A stretch of DNA of 64,000 nucleotides, from contig OY762911.1 in NCBI GenBank assembly GCA_963666565.1, forward strand, positions 4,512,001 through 4,576,000, given 5' to 3'. This document shows, one piece after another, positions 1 through 9,589 of this stretch. Under the pieces are notes generated by a model that was not told where the DNA came from, did not search any database, and saw nothing but the letters and a program-made list of their open reading frames with translations. The DNA is from Thermoanaerobaculia bacterium. GTDB taxonomy: Bacteria > Acidobacteriota > Thermoanaerobaculia > Multivoradales > Multivoraceae. Every line of letters starts with the position of its first letter. Position 1 is the first letter of the stretch. A program made the translations under genes and the position numbers.

Positions 1-558
1 CCGATCGTCGGCGAAGGCGAGACGGCGAACGATACCTACGTCGAGCAACTCGTCTCAAGCGCTGCCGCGGCCATCGACAAGGTCGTCGAACTCGGCGTCG
101 CCGACCGCGACCGGATCGCCGTCGGCGGCCACAGCTACGGCGCCTTCATGACCGCCAACCTGCTCGCCCACTCCGACCTGTTCGCCGCCGGCATCGCCCG
201 CAGCGGTGCCTACAACCGCTCGCTCACCCCGTTCGGCTTCCAGAACGAACGCCGCACCTTCTGGGAAGCCCAGCACGTCTACGCCGCCATGTCGCCGTTC
301 TTCCACGCCGAGAAGGTGAACGAGCCGATCCTGCTCACCCACGGCGAGATCGACAACAACTCCGGCACCTTCCCGATCCAGTCCGAGCGCTTCTACCAGG
401 CGCTCAAGGGCCACGGCGCCACGGTGCGCTACGTCACGATGCCTCACGAGTCCCACGGCTACGCCGCGCGGGAGTCGGTGCTACATGTCGTAGCCGAAAT
501 GCTGAACTGGTGCGACCGCTACCTGGGCGATGGGCTGAAGGCGAGGACCTCGAAGTAG
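1..558 (+). CDS. S9 family (prolyl oligopeptidase-like) serine peptidase, C-terminal part; 5' end outside window
   Basis: Frame 1 is open from base 1. It has the GGHSYG nucleophile motif, HGEIDNN (Asp) and ESHGY (His). Confidence 0.85.
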   Translation, partial: PIVGEGETANDTYVEQLVSSAAAAIDKVVELGVADRDRIAVGGHSYGAFMTANLLAHSDLFAAGIARSGAYNRSLTPFGFQNERRTFWEAQHVYAAMSPFFHAEKVNEPILLTHGEIDNNSGTFPIQSERFYQALKGHGATVRYVTMPHESHGYAARESVLHVVAEMLNWCDRYLGDGLKARTSK

Positions 559-1802
559 CGGTTCATTCGCTCGTAGTCGGTGGAGTCGAGGAAGGCCTTC
601 ACCTCCGCCAGGGCCCGCTTCTCGATCTTCTCCGGCGAGGAGTCGAAGATGTCGGCTTCCGTCAGGAGAACCCGCCGGTAGAAGTACGGAAACGCGCCGT
701 CCAACTCGAGGGGGAGGTTGCCTGGATCCACTCCTTGGACCGGGCTTCGCCGCATGAACCGGATCAGGCTCTTTACGGCTCCGCGTTCCTTGCCAGCTAC
801 CCGAGCGCCCCCGAGCTTCACCGTCATGCTTCGGTGGGTGAACTCGAACCACCAACCCTGATCGCCGACACCCAGAGCGTTCATGCGCTTGAACCAGCCC
901 TTCTCCCAGAACGACACCCAGGAAACACCGGGAGCTCCGCGCGCCTCCGTCTTGAACTTCTCGCCCTTCAGGTGCTCCTTGACGGCGTCACACAAGTCGC
1001 CTGGACGCTGGCGGAAGTCCCGCAGCAGGCTGTCGACTGCGATCTCATCATCCGGTGGTACGCCCCAGCACGCGGGGACGACGCCAGGCTTCCACTCGCG
1101 CAGCATCTTCTCGAGGGTTGGCCTTCGGTCCTTCAACAATCGTCGGAAGCCGTCAGAAGACGGCCCCAAGCCGAGGATGTTCCGGTCGACGATCTCGATG
1201 TACTGGCGGAGAAACGCCTCCACTTCCTCGGAAGAGACACAGCCCTGTTCAAGAAGCGAACCCACAAGGCACCGGACCTCGTGCCAGCTCAGATGGAGAT
1301 AGTCCTTGTGCTTCGGATCGCCGCTCTCCGAAGCGGTCAGCAGGACGCCCTGAACCCTGTACGAGGCGCCGTGCTTCTTGCACTGTTCCTTGACATAGCC
1401 ACGAAGCTGCTTCACATGCTCGGACGCGCGCCGGCACGGCTTGTTCTCGATGACGAGCTGGACCTTTGGCTCCTTCTCAAGAAACACCATCACGTCAACG
1501 CGGTCGCGTTCCCGTTCGACCCGGACATCCTCGGCAGCGAAGCCGGCCGCCATGTCGAGCCCCTTCAACTTGCCGCTGTGCTTCTTCTTCTGCAGGCACT
1601 CCCCGATCTTCCTGAGGAACGCGTCGCCTACGCCGTGTGTCTCGCCCGGCGTCAGCAGCCAGGCCAGCACGTTGCTGTGCCGGATCTCGTAGTCGCTGTA
1701 CCGGAGCACTTCGAACGCGTTGAAGTTCCGCTCCTTCATCAGGGCCGCGTAGTCCTTGAAGGCCCTGTCGTCGAGCAGTTCCCGCACTCGCTTCTTGTCC
1801 AT
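519..1802 (-). CDS. PD-(D/E)XK nuclease family protein (PDDEXK_4-like) with an unrecognised C-terminal region
   Basis: FNAFEVL..EIRHSNVLAWLLTP..HGVGDAFL and RVDVMV...LVIENK motifs. GGGAGG SD lies upstream. Confidence 0.75.
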   Translation of the reverse strand: MDKKRVRELLDDRAFKDYAALMKERNFNAFEVLRYSDYEIRHSNVLAWLLTPGETHGVGDAFLRKIGECLQKKKHSGKLKGLDMAAGFAAEDVRVERERDRVDVMVFLEKEPKVQLVIENKPCRRASEHVKQLRGYVKEQCKKHGASYRVQGVLLTASESGDPKHKDYLHLSWHEVRCLVGSLLEQGCVSSEEVEAFLRQYIEIVDRNILGLGPSSDGFRRLLKDRRPTLEKMLREWKPGVVPACWGVPPDDEIAVDSLLRDFRQRPGDLCDAVKEHLKGEKFKTEARGAPGVSWVSFWEKGWFKRMNALGVGDQGWWFEFTHRSMTVKLGGARVAGKERGAVKSLIRFMRRSPVQGVDPGNLPLELDGAFPYFYRRVLLTEADIFDSSPEKIEKRALAEVKAFLDSTDYERMNRYFEVLAFSPSPR

Positions 1803-1844
1803 CGCTGTTCCTCCCAGAACCGCTATTGCCGGTACCGACGACCT

Positions 1845-2028
1845 CCAGTCTGCGCCGGGAGCCGGAGGGGAGGGTCCAGCGGGCTGGAGGCAAGCGACGG
1901 CCGACGACCTTCCATCAACCGACGCCGACGCGGAGCGCAGCCGACCGAAGCGAGCGCCTACATCCCACTCACCCAGAGAGCGCGAGCGGCCGCTGGGACC
2001 CTCCCCTCCGGCTCCCGGCGTGGACGGG
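1845..2028. repeat. Long palindromic element E1 (arms 1845-1882 and 1990-2028, 107 nt loop)
   Basis: The arms are near-perfect reverse complements, and the loop is homologous to the loop of E2 at 12823-12998. Confidence 0.8.
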
Positions 2029-3462
2029 TGCCACGAACCGACGTGAGGCAGGAGTTGGGAGCAGGGCCGCGTCGGCGGATTCCTCGATGATCCGGTCGAG
2101 CTCCAGCTCGACGCTCTCCGCGTCGGGCGGCGTCTCGACCTCGCCCGTCGTCACGAGGTCGAGCAACCGGCCCTCCTCGTCGAAGGCGCGGAAGATCGAT
2201 CCTTCGTCGGACAGCTCGGCCATCCAAAAGTGGGGCTCGCTCGCCGAGCGCGCGATGTACCAGCGTTCCTCGGCGTCGACGGTCCGCGCGTCCATGCCCA
2301 TGCAGCCGTCGCCGAGGTAGAGCACGCCCTCGCCCTCCCCGACTACCTCTCCGAGCCGGATCGGATGGCTGCGCTTGAGGACGTGGTCGTGGTTCTCCAG
2401 CGCCACCGTCAACCGGCCCCGATGGAAGACCTCCTCCCACGCCTCCCGACCCGCGGCCGAACCCTCGTACGAGCGGTGGGCCGGATAGAGGGGGACGTGG
2501 TAGAGCGCGAGCCTGTTCGGCAGGTCCGCGTCGGCCTCCATGTGCGACGCCAGCCACGCCGCCTGGTCTTCGTGGGACACGATGTGGCCGCTGTCCAGCA
2601 CGTAAAGCGCCCCGGCCGCCCCGAGACCGCGGCGAAAGTACGTCGCGCCGCCGTCGTCCGAGATCGCGGCCGACGCGGGTCGAGGCGTTGCCGCCTCCAC
2701 CGTCCCGGCGACATTCTCGCTCGCAGGCGCCGTTCCGGCGGCCTGGTTCTGCGCGAACAGCCCGAAGAAGAACGGCGCCTTCCGTTCCGGCGGCGCCGAC
2801 GCGGGAACCCCGCCGTCGCGGCCGACGTTCACCTCGTGGTTGCCGATCGCCAGCACCAGCGGAACCGTGTGGCCTTCCGGCGTAACCAACGCCTCGGTGA
2901 CGTGCTCCAGCCACGTCCGCCAGCGCGGCCACCGCGAAACGAGCCCGTTCGCGTAAGCCAGGTCGCCGCCGATGACGAGCATGTGCGGCGACTGCCGCGC
3001 CGCCTCAGCCAGAAGCGCCAGCGATAGCGATTCCGTGCCGACGTCGCCGCCCGCCGCCAGACGCACCGGACCATCGCGCGGCACCGTGCGGAAGCTCCGC
3101 GTCTCGCCCACGGACCGCCCGTCGAGGAGGATCTCGAAGCGGTAGGTCCCGCCCGGCGCCAGACCGCGCAACTCGACGCGGGAAACGCGGACGCCCGGAA
3201 CGCCGGCGATCTCGGTCGCGTCCCCGGCGACCGACGACGTCTGTCCGTCCTCCCCCGCAGGGCGCCACTCCACGCTTGCCGACCGTGGCAGCCTCTGATC
3301 CGGGCCATCCGCCTCGACGACCAGGTTGACGGTCATCGTCGTCGACGTGTCGCCCTGCCAGGTCAGGTGGACCGAGTGCCAAGGCGGCTCGCCGCCGGAG
3401 CCGGAACATCCCGCAACGAGGAGCGCCGCGAGAACGACGGTCGATGGCGTGGAGAGCCTCAA
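1969..3462 (-). CDS. Purple acid phosphatase-like metallophosphoesterase with FN3-like N-domain, putative lipoprotein (start uncertain, TTG assumed)
   Basis: VHLTW N-domain, GDVG, GDLAYANG, GNHE and ENHDH motifs, and an LLVAGC lipobox-like signal. The longer ORF call extends through a REP. Confidence 0.75.
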   Translation of the reverse strand: MRLSTPSTVVLAALLVAGCSGSGGEPPWHSVHLTWQGDTSTTMTVNLVVEADGPDQRLPRSASVEWRPAGEDGQTSSVAGDATEIAGVPGVRVSRVELRGLAPGGTYRFEILLDGRSVGETRSFRTVPRDGPVRLAAGGDVGTESLSLALLAEAARQSPHMLVIGGDLAYANGLVSRWPRWRTWLEHVTEALVTPEGHTVPLVLAIGNHEVNVGRDGGVPASAPPERKAPFFFGLFAQNQAAGTAPASENVAGTVEAATPRPASAAISDDGGATYFRRGLGAAGALYVLDSGHIVSHEDQAAWLASHMEADADLPNRLALYHVPLYPAHRSYEGSAAGREAWEEVFHRGRLTVALENHDHVLKRSHPIRLGEVVGEGEGVLYLGDGCMGMDARTVDAEERWYIARSASEPHFWMAELSDEGSIFRAFDEEGRLLDLVTTGEVETPPDAESVELELDRIIEESADAALLPTPASRRFVAPVHAGSRRGGSQRPLALSG

Positions 3463-3516
3463 GCGACGAACGCCAACGCGGAAGGCGGCGGCGGGCTCCG
3501 TCCGGCGCGCGTTTCT

Positions 3517-3557
3517 GGCCGCCCGCGGCGGCAGCGGGTCAGAAGACCCGCGCACCC
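3517..3557 (-). repeat. REP-like element
   Basis: Reverse complement matches the consensus GGTGCGCGGGTCTTCTGACCCGCTGCCGCCGAAGGCGGCC. Confidence 0.8.
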
Positions 3558-3568
3558 AGGCAGGGGAG

Positions 3569-4435
3569 CTAGGGTGCGGCTTCACGGAGTTGCTCCATCA
3601 CGGTCTGCGCGTTCTCGGGCCGGCCGAGGTGCAGCCCCATCCCCGGCATCGGCGCCACCGGCACGAGGACGCGGGCGACACGCAGCTCGGCGAGCGAACG
3701 CAAACTCGACAGGTCCTCGCCGATGCCCGCGGTGATCTCGAGCGCGTCCGGGTCGCGGCCGTGCTCGGCGGCCACGTCCCGCGCGAGGCCGATCAGTTCG
3801 GCCGAGGCCCCGCGCGCGGGAAAGAAACCGTCGCCCAACCGGCCCGCACGTCGCGCCGCCGGCTTCGAGTGGCCGCCGACGACGATCGGCACGCTGCCGT
3901 TCACCGGTTGCGGGCGGCAGTACGCGGCCTCGAAACGGACGAACTCGCCGTGGTAGGTCGGACGCTCCGCGCCCCACAGCTCGCGCATGGCCTCGACGTA
4001 CTCGTCGGTCCGGCGCCCCCGGTTCGCGAAGGGCGCGCCGATCGCGTCGAACTCCTCCTTCAGCCAGCCGACGCCGATCCCCAGCAGGAGCCGGCCGCCG
4101 GTCAGGTGATCCAGGGTGGCGATCTGCTTGGCCGCCACCACCGGGTTGTGCTGGGGCACGATCAGGATCCCGGTGCCGAAGCGGATCCGCCGCGTCCGCG
4201 AGGCGACGAACGCCATCCAGATCAGCGGGTCGGGCAGAGGAAAGTCGTCCCTGCCGCCGGCCATCTTGCCGTCCGGCGAGTAGGGGTAGGCCGACTCGTA
4301 ACCGCCCGGGACGACCGTGTGCTCGACCGTCCAGATCGACTCGAAGCCCGCCTCGTCCGCGGCAACCGCCAACTCCACCGCCAGGCCAGGATCGACGAAG
4401 CGACCCGTGTTGCAGTACCTGAGTCCGAACCTCAT
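3569..4435 (-). CDS. LLM-class F420-dependent oxidoreductase (Rv2161c-like)
   Basis: GFESIWTVEH, ATLDHLTGGRLLLGIGVGWLKEEF and PIVVGGHS motifs. Confidence 0.85.
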   Translation of the reverse strand: MRFGLRYCNTGRFVDPGLAVELAVAADEAGFESIWTVEHTVVPGGYESAYPYSPDGKMAGGRDDFPLPDPLIWMAFVASRTRRIRFGTGILIVPQHNPVVAAKQIATLDHLTGGRLLLGIGVGWLKEEFDAIGAPFANRGRRTDEYVEAMRELWGAERPTYHGEFVRFEAAYCRPQPVNGSVPIVVGGHSKPAARRAGRLGDGFFPARGASAELIGLARDVAAEHGRDPDALEITAGIGEDLSSLRSLAELRVARVLVPVAPMPGMGLHLGRPENAQTVMEQLREAAP

Positions 4436-4467
4436 AGGCCGCGCAGTGTAACCGTCCCTCCGCTACG

Positions 4468-5016
4468 ATGCCGGCGGTGCGCGAGGCTGCAGGCAAGGCC
4501 AAGGTCGCCGACATCGACTGGTCGTCCTGGCGCGCCGTCGACCGGGCAACCCTGACCTTCGTCGTCGAGGGCGACCGCGTCCTCCTGATCCGCAAGAAGC
4601 GCGGCCTGGGCGCCGGCAAGGTCAACGGTCCCGGCGGCCGCCTCGAGGCCGGCGAGGAACCGATCAATTGCGCGGTTCGAGAAGTCGAGGAAGAGCTCGG
4701 CATCACGCCCCTGGGACTCGAGTATCGCGGCGAGAATCTGTTCCAGTTCGTGGACGGCTACTCGATTCACGTCTACGCCTTCACCGCCTCCGGGTACCGG
4801 GGCGACCTTCGCGAAACGGACGAGGCCGCGCCGATGTGGACGGACCTGGACGCCATTCCCTACGACGAGATGTGGGAGGACGACCGGCTCTGGTTGCCCC
4901 ACTCCCTTGACGGTCTGGCGCCCCGAGGCCGCTACATCTTCGACGGCGACCGAATGCTGGACTGGGAGCTTGAAGTCGACGGGAAGTTCTACAGTCCGAA
5001 ACGGCCGACCGCGTAG
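4468..5016 (+). CDS. Nudix hydrolase, 8-oxo-dGTP diphosphatase (MTH1-like)
   Basis: Nudix box GGRLEAGEEPINCAVREVEEELG and the KKRGLGAGK / MWEDDRLWLP MTH1-type motifs. Confidence 0.85.
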   Translation: MPAVREAAGKAKVADIDWSSWRAVDRATLTFVVEGDRVLLIRKKRGLGAGKVNGPGGRLEAGEEPINCAVREVEEELGITPLGLEYRGENLFQFVDGYSIHVYAFTASGYRGDLRETDEAAPMWTDLDAIPYDEMWEDDRLWLPHSLDGLAPRGRYIFDGDRMLDWELEVDGKFYSPKRPTA

Positions 5017-5020
5017 CGCC

Positions 5021-5154
5021 CGGTGCGCGGGTTTCCGGCCCGCTGCCGCCGAAGGCGGCGGCGACATCGTCGCCGGGCTTCGGCCGGCGGCTTCTTTCCG
5101 GGCTGCGCCGCTCCGCGGCGACGCCCGCGAGCGGGTCAGAAGACCCGCGCACCC
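5021..5154. repeat. REPIN-like inverted REP doublet
   Basis: Degenerate REP on + (5021-5060) and REP on - (5131-5154). The internal spacer is homologous to the doublet at 47653-47819. Confidence 0.75.
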
Positions 5155-6392
5155 GGCTGGCGGAAACGCACCCAGCGGCCGTGGCGCAGCCGCTCTTCCG
5201 GCGGCACGAGCCCCAGCCAGCGCGCGAACCGCCGCCGGTCGGCGAAGCGCGAGACCTCCGCCAGGCGCACATCCACCGGCAGGAACCGCAGGGCCGCCAG
5301 TGCGGCCAGGGCCGCCTCGTCCGGCCCGGCCGCCTCGGCGGCGAACCGCAGCAGGAGTCTCCGCTCCAGCCGCTCGAACTCGGCCTCCAGTTGGTGCTCC
5401 ACGCGGAGCGCGGCGCCGCACGATGCGGTCGCCGCGCGCCGGAGCGGCTCGTACCGGGGTTCCACGTAGAAGTCGAAGCTGCTCGCGGAGAGTCCCCGAA
5501 GACGGCTGATCTCCCCCGCCGGCGGCGCCATCTTGACTCCGGGCGTCAGCGCCTTCCACTGCTCGAAGCTGACCGGCCGCGGTGCGCCGTAGTCCGGCTC
5601 GGGCGTCGGCACGTGAAGCGCCATCGCGACCACGATCCAGCCGCCCGCGGCCAACCCCGCCTCCAGGTCGCCCGCGGCGCGGACGCCCGTATCGTCCACG
5701 GCAGGAAACCCGTCGCTCAGCCAGAAGAGGAAGCAGGGCGGATCGGCGCAGCCCCGAGCGGTCGCAGCCGGCCCTGAAGACCGTTCGGCGGTACGCGCTT
5801 CCTTCGAGACGGCCTGCAGTCTCCCGCGTCCCGAGGTCTCCGCGAGCAGCCGATCCGCCGAGGCGCGCACCACCTCGCGATAGGACTCGAGCCCGGGCGG
5901 TCGGCTCCCGGACTCGAAGTAGGCATCGCGGCCGAGGTCCTCGCCGGCGATCTCATTCAGCGCGGTCTCGACGGCCCGCGTCTGCGTCGACGCGGCCAAC
6001 CGCCGCTCCACGCCGCCGGGGGCGCCGTCGTCCACCACGATCCCGACCGGCCCCAGCGCCGTCAACCGCGGCGCGTGCCGCGCCAGCGCCTCGACGCCCA
6101 GACGCACCGTCTCCGGCTTCGCCAGCACCGCGTCGACGTAGACGAGCACCGGACGCGGGTTCGCCTTCAGGTCGAGCGCCGACACGCCGGTCACGCCGCG
6201 ACGTTCGCCGGCGACCTCCACCACGAAGTCGCCGGGCTCGAAGTCCGACGGCCTGATCCTGCCCAGCCGGGGCAGTTCGATCGCGACCGACGCCTCGGCC
6301 ACGTCGACCGCGTCGGTGAACGTCCGGTCCGCCGGCGGCTGGGCCGGCAAGACCGCGGCAAACAGGACGAGCAAGGAGGACACGACCTTCAT
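5136..6392 (-). CDS. Secreted hypothetical protein, VWFA-related (Acidobacterial-type) N-terminus
   Basis: Signal peptide MKVVSSLLVLFAAVLPA followed by FTDAVDV..V, and a WLSDG motif. The stop codon falls inside the REP. Confidence 0.5.
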   Translation of the reverse strand: MKVVSSLLVLFAAVLPAQPPADRTFTDAVDVAEASVAIELPRLGRIRPSDFEPGDFVVEVAGERRGVTGVSALDLKANPRPVLVYVDAVLAKPETVRLGVEALARHAPRLTALGPVGIVVDDGAPGGVERRLAASTQTRAVETALNEIAGEDLGRDAYFESGSRPPGLESYREVVRASADRLLAETSGRGRLQAVSKEARTAERSSGPAATARGCADPPCFLFWLSDGFPAVDDTGVRAAGDLEAGLAAGGWIVVAMALHVPTPEPDYGAPRPVSFEQWKALTPGVKMAPPAGEISRLRGLSASSFDFYVEPRYEPLRRAATASCGAALRVEHQLEAEFERLERRLLLRFAAEAAGPDEAALAALAALRFLPVDVRLAEVSRFADRRRFARWLGLVPPEERLRHGRWVRFRQPGARVF

Positions 6393-6570
6393 GGTCTCGC
6401 CAGAGTACCGAGGCAAGGACTCCAGGAGACAAGGGGCAGGAGCACCGACGCACGACGAGTTCCGGGGCTATAGTCCCAACGATGCGGGCCGCGGGCCGGC
6501 CGATCCTCCGGGTCGCCGGGCCGGCCGCGACCCGGACCGGGCCGATGATCGAAGAAGGAGACACCTTCGA

Positions 6571-7809
6571 ATGGCGCACCACACCACGCGACGCGCATTC
6601 CTGGGCGCCGTCGGGGCGGCCGGCGGCGCCACCCTCGCCTGCGGTTCAGGCGTGACCGTCGGCGCCGCGGCGCCCGCCGCAAGCCACGAGCCGATTCCGC
6701 TGGACGCGCCGCTCCCGGTGGAGGACGTGCCGACGCCGGCGCTCCTCATCGACGTCGCGAAGATGGAACTGAATCTGGCGAAGATGGCCGCCCACGCGGA
6801 GGAGCGGAGCATCGGCCTGCGTCCCCACACGAAAACCCACAAGTGCCCGCTGCTGGCGAAGCGGCAGATCGAACTCGGCGCGGTCGGCGTCTGCTGCGCC
6901 AAGGTCGGCGAGGCGGAAGTCATGGTGGAGGCCGGAATCGGCGAAGTCCTGATCACGTCGCCGGTCGTCACCGACGACAAGATCGGCCGGGTCGTCGCTC
7001 TCTCCAGGCGAAGCCCCGAAGTCGCCCTGGTGGTCGATAATCTGCCCGCCGCCGAGCGGTTGAACGAAGCGGCCGCCGCGGCAGGGGCCACGCAGCGGGT
7101 GCTGGTCGACCTGGACGTCGGCACCCGGCGCACCGGCATCGCCACCGGCGAACCGGCGCTCGAGCTGGCGCGGGCCATCGACGGCCTGCCCAACCTCGAC
7201 CTGCGCGGCCTCCAGGCTTACGCCGGGCACCTGATGCACGTCCACGGCCACGCCGAGCGGCAGGCCCGGTCGCTCGCGGCGCTCGAAGCCGCGGTCGAGA
7301 CGAAGCGGCTGATCGAGGCAGACGGCATCCCGGTCAGCGTGCTGAGCGGCGGCGGCACCGGCACCTGGGACATCGACTCGGAGGTCGACGGGATGACCGA
7401 CCTGCAGGTCGGCTCCTACCTGTTCATGGACGAGCAGTACCTGCGGATCGGCGGTCGCAACGGGGATGTCTTCGACGACTTCGAGACCTCGCTCTTCGTC
7501 CAGGTGACGGCGATCAGCCAGCCCGTGCCGGAGCTGATCACGACGGACGGCGGCTACAAGGCGTTCGCCTCGGACGCCGACCGTCCCCAGCTCGCCGACG
7601 TCGGCGGCGTGGTCTACGGCTGGGGCGGCGACGAGCACGGCATCCTGCGGATCGCCGACGCGACCAGGCCGGTCCGGCTCGGCGACCGGCTCCGCTGCGT
7701 CACGCCCCACTGCGATCCGACGGTCAACCTCTACGACGTGTACTACCCGGTGCGGGACGGCCGGGTCGAGGAACTGTGGCCGATCGGCGCCCGGGGCAAG
7801 TCGCAGTAG
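6571..7809 (+). CDS. DSD1 / D-threonine aldolase family PLP-dependent enzyme with Tat signal
   Basis: TPALLID, LRPHTKTHK (PLP Lys), DEHG and PHCDPTVNL motifs. TRRAFL twin-Arg signal; AAGGAG SD. Confidence 0.85.
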   Translation: MAHHTTRRAFLGAVGAAGGATLACGSGVTVGAAAPAASHEPIPLDAPLPVEDVPTPALLIDVAKMELNLAKMAAHAEERSIGLRPHTKTHKCPLLAKRQIELGAVGVCCAKVGEAEVMVEAGIGEVLITSPVVTDDKIGRVVALSRRSPEVALVVDNLPAAERLNEAAAAAGATQRVLVDLDVGTRRTGIATGEPALELARAIDGLPNLDLRGLQAYAGHLMHVHGHAERQARSLAALEAAVETKRLIEADGIPVSVLSGGGTGTWDIDSEVDGMTDLQVGSYLFMDEQYLRIGGRNGDVFDDFETSLFVQVTAISQPVPELITTDGGYKAFASDADRPQLADVGGVVYGWGGDEHGILRIADATRPVRLGDRLRCVTPHCDPTVNLYDVYYPVRDGRVEELWPIGARGKSQ

Positions 7810-7927
7810 CGCCGATGCCGGCGCCGGCCCCGTTCATGCCGAGCGGCCACGGCGCCGACCACCCAGCCGCCGTGGCGGCCAGCACGCACCGGCGGCGCCC
7901 TCTCGGCGTCCTCCCGGATCCGAGCCG

Positions 7928-8491
7928 GTGACCGGGCGAGGCACGCCGCCGCCAGCGACGGTGTTTCGCCGGCCGATCGTGGGCGTGATGGGCTCGGGCG
8001 CGGAGAGTCACGAGGACCTGGCGGCGCCGCTCGGCCGCGCGGTCGCCGAGGCCGGCTGGCACCTGCTGACTGGCGGCGGCCGCGGCACGATGACGGCAGT
8101 GAGCCGCGCCTTTGCCGAGACGGATGGACGCCAGGGCCTGTGCCTGGGAATCGTCCCGCGCGAGCAGGACGGCGACGGCTCGCCGGACGGCTACCCGAAC
8201 CCGTGGGTCGAGGTCGTCGTCCGCACCCACCTGCCGCTGTCGGGAGCGTCCGGGACCGGCCCGTTCTCGCGCAACCACATCAACGTCCTCTCGGCCGACG
8301 CGGTGGTCGCGCTGCCCGGAAGCGCCGGCACCTGGAGCGAGATCGAACTGGCGCTCCGCTACGGCCGGCCGCTCGCTGTCTTCGACCGTCCGCCGGGCGA
8401 CAGCGAGCAGGCAACCCGCGCCGCCGCGGCCGGCGCTGCGGTCGTCACGGACCTCGAAGAACTGCTCGACTGGCTCCGCGGGACGCTCTGA
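7928..8491 (+). CDS. LOG / Moco-carrier-like Rossmann-fold nucleotide-binding protein
   Basis: VGVMGSG, LLTGGGRGTM and SRNHINVLSADAVVALPGSAGTWSE motifs. Confidence 0.75.
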   Translation: MTGRGTPPPATVFRRPIVGVMGSGAESHEDLAAPLGRAVAEAGWHLLTGGGRGTMTAVSRAFAETDGRQGLCLGIVPREQDGDGSPDGYPNPWVEVVVRTHLPLSGASGTGPFSRNHINVLSADAVVALPGSAGTWSEIELALRYGRPLAVFDRPPGDSEQATRAAAAGAAVVTDLEELLDWLRGTL

Positions 8492-8581
8492 GGCGTCATC
8501 CGCCGCGGGCGACTCGGCCATCCGGCCTGCACCCCTCACTCCGGCGCGCGGCCTGCCGTCAGCGGTTACCATCCGCACTCC

Positions 8582-9460
8582 ATGAACGGCGCCGTCCAGG
8601 AGATGATCGACCTGCTGCAGATGGAGCAGATCGAGGAGAACCTGTTCCGCGCGCAGAACGGCCCCGGCAACCACGTCTTCGGCGGCCAGGTGCTGGGACA
8701 GGCCATCGTCGCCGCCTCGAAGACGGTCGAGAACCGGCATCTTCACTCCATCCACGCCTACTTCCTGCGCCGCGGCGACCCGAAGCGGCCGATCCTCTTC
8801 GACGTGGACCGCATCCGCGACGGGAGGAGCTTCACGACGCGCCGGGTCGTCGGCATTCAGCACGGCCGGGCCATCTTCAACATGTCCTCGTCCTTCCAGG
8901 TCGAGGAAGGCGGCCTGGAACACCAGTCCGGCATGCCCGACGTGCCGCCGCCCGACGATCTGCCCTCCGACGGGGACATCTACCGCAAGATGGCGAAGGA
9001 CGACCCGTCCTACCGGCGCTTCGCCCACCGCTTCGAGGCGATCGACAGCCGCCAGGTCGAGGGCATCCAGATGCTGCCGCGCGGCGACCGCCCGGCCACC
9101 GAACCGCGCAAGAACACCTGGCTCCGCTGCCGGGAACGGCTGCCCGACGACCGCACCGTCCACCTCTCCTTCCTCGCCTACATGTCGGACCTCGACTTCA
9201 TGGCCGTCTCCATGCAGCCGCACGGCCCGTCGATGAAGGGCTACCGGATCCAGGGCGCCAGCCTCGACCACGCGCTCTGGTTTCACCGCCCCTTCCGCGC
9301 CGACGAGTGGCTCCTGTTCAGCAAGGAGAGCCCGACCGCCGCCGGCGCCCGCGGCTTCGTCCGCGGCCACGTCTTCAACCGGCAGGGCGAACTCGTCGCG
9401 TCGGCGAACCAGGAGTGCCTCATCCGCCTGCGGGAGCGAGAGCACAGCGTCGCGGGCTGA
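8582..9460 (+). CDS. tesB: Acyl-CoA thioesterase II
   Basis: VFGGQVLGQA, HSIHAYFLRRGD, RDGRSFTTRRV, ASLDHALWFH and QE motifs. Confidence 0.92.
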   Translation: MNGAVQEMIDLLQMEQIEENLFRAQNGPGNHVFGGQVLGQAIVAASKTVENRHLHSIHAYFLRRGDPKRPILFDVDRIRDGRSFTTRRVVGIQHGRAIFNMSSSFQVEEGGLEHQSGMPDVPPPDDLPSDGDIYRKMAKDDPSYRRFAHRFEAIDSRQVEGIQMLPRGDRPATEPRKNTWLRCRERLPDDRTVHLSFLAYMSDLDFMAVSMQPHGPSMKGYRIQGASLDHALWFHRPFRADEWLLFSKESPTAAGARGFVRGHVFNRQGELVASANQECLIRLREREHSVAG

Positions 9461-9461
9461 G

Positions 9462-9527
9462 GACTACCCCGACTACCCCGGTCTACTACCCCGACTACCC
9501 CGGTTCACTACCCCGACTACCCCGACT
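9462..9527. repeat. Tandem repeat (G)ACTACCCC x6 with a 22-nt higher-order period
   Basis: Directly visible between tesB and the next gene. Confidence 0.9.
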
Positions 9528-9589
9528 TTCGTCCCGCCTCGCCGACCGGGCTCGCTATGATCCGCGCTCCACGCGCTTCCCGGACTGCC

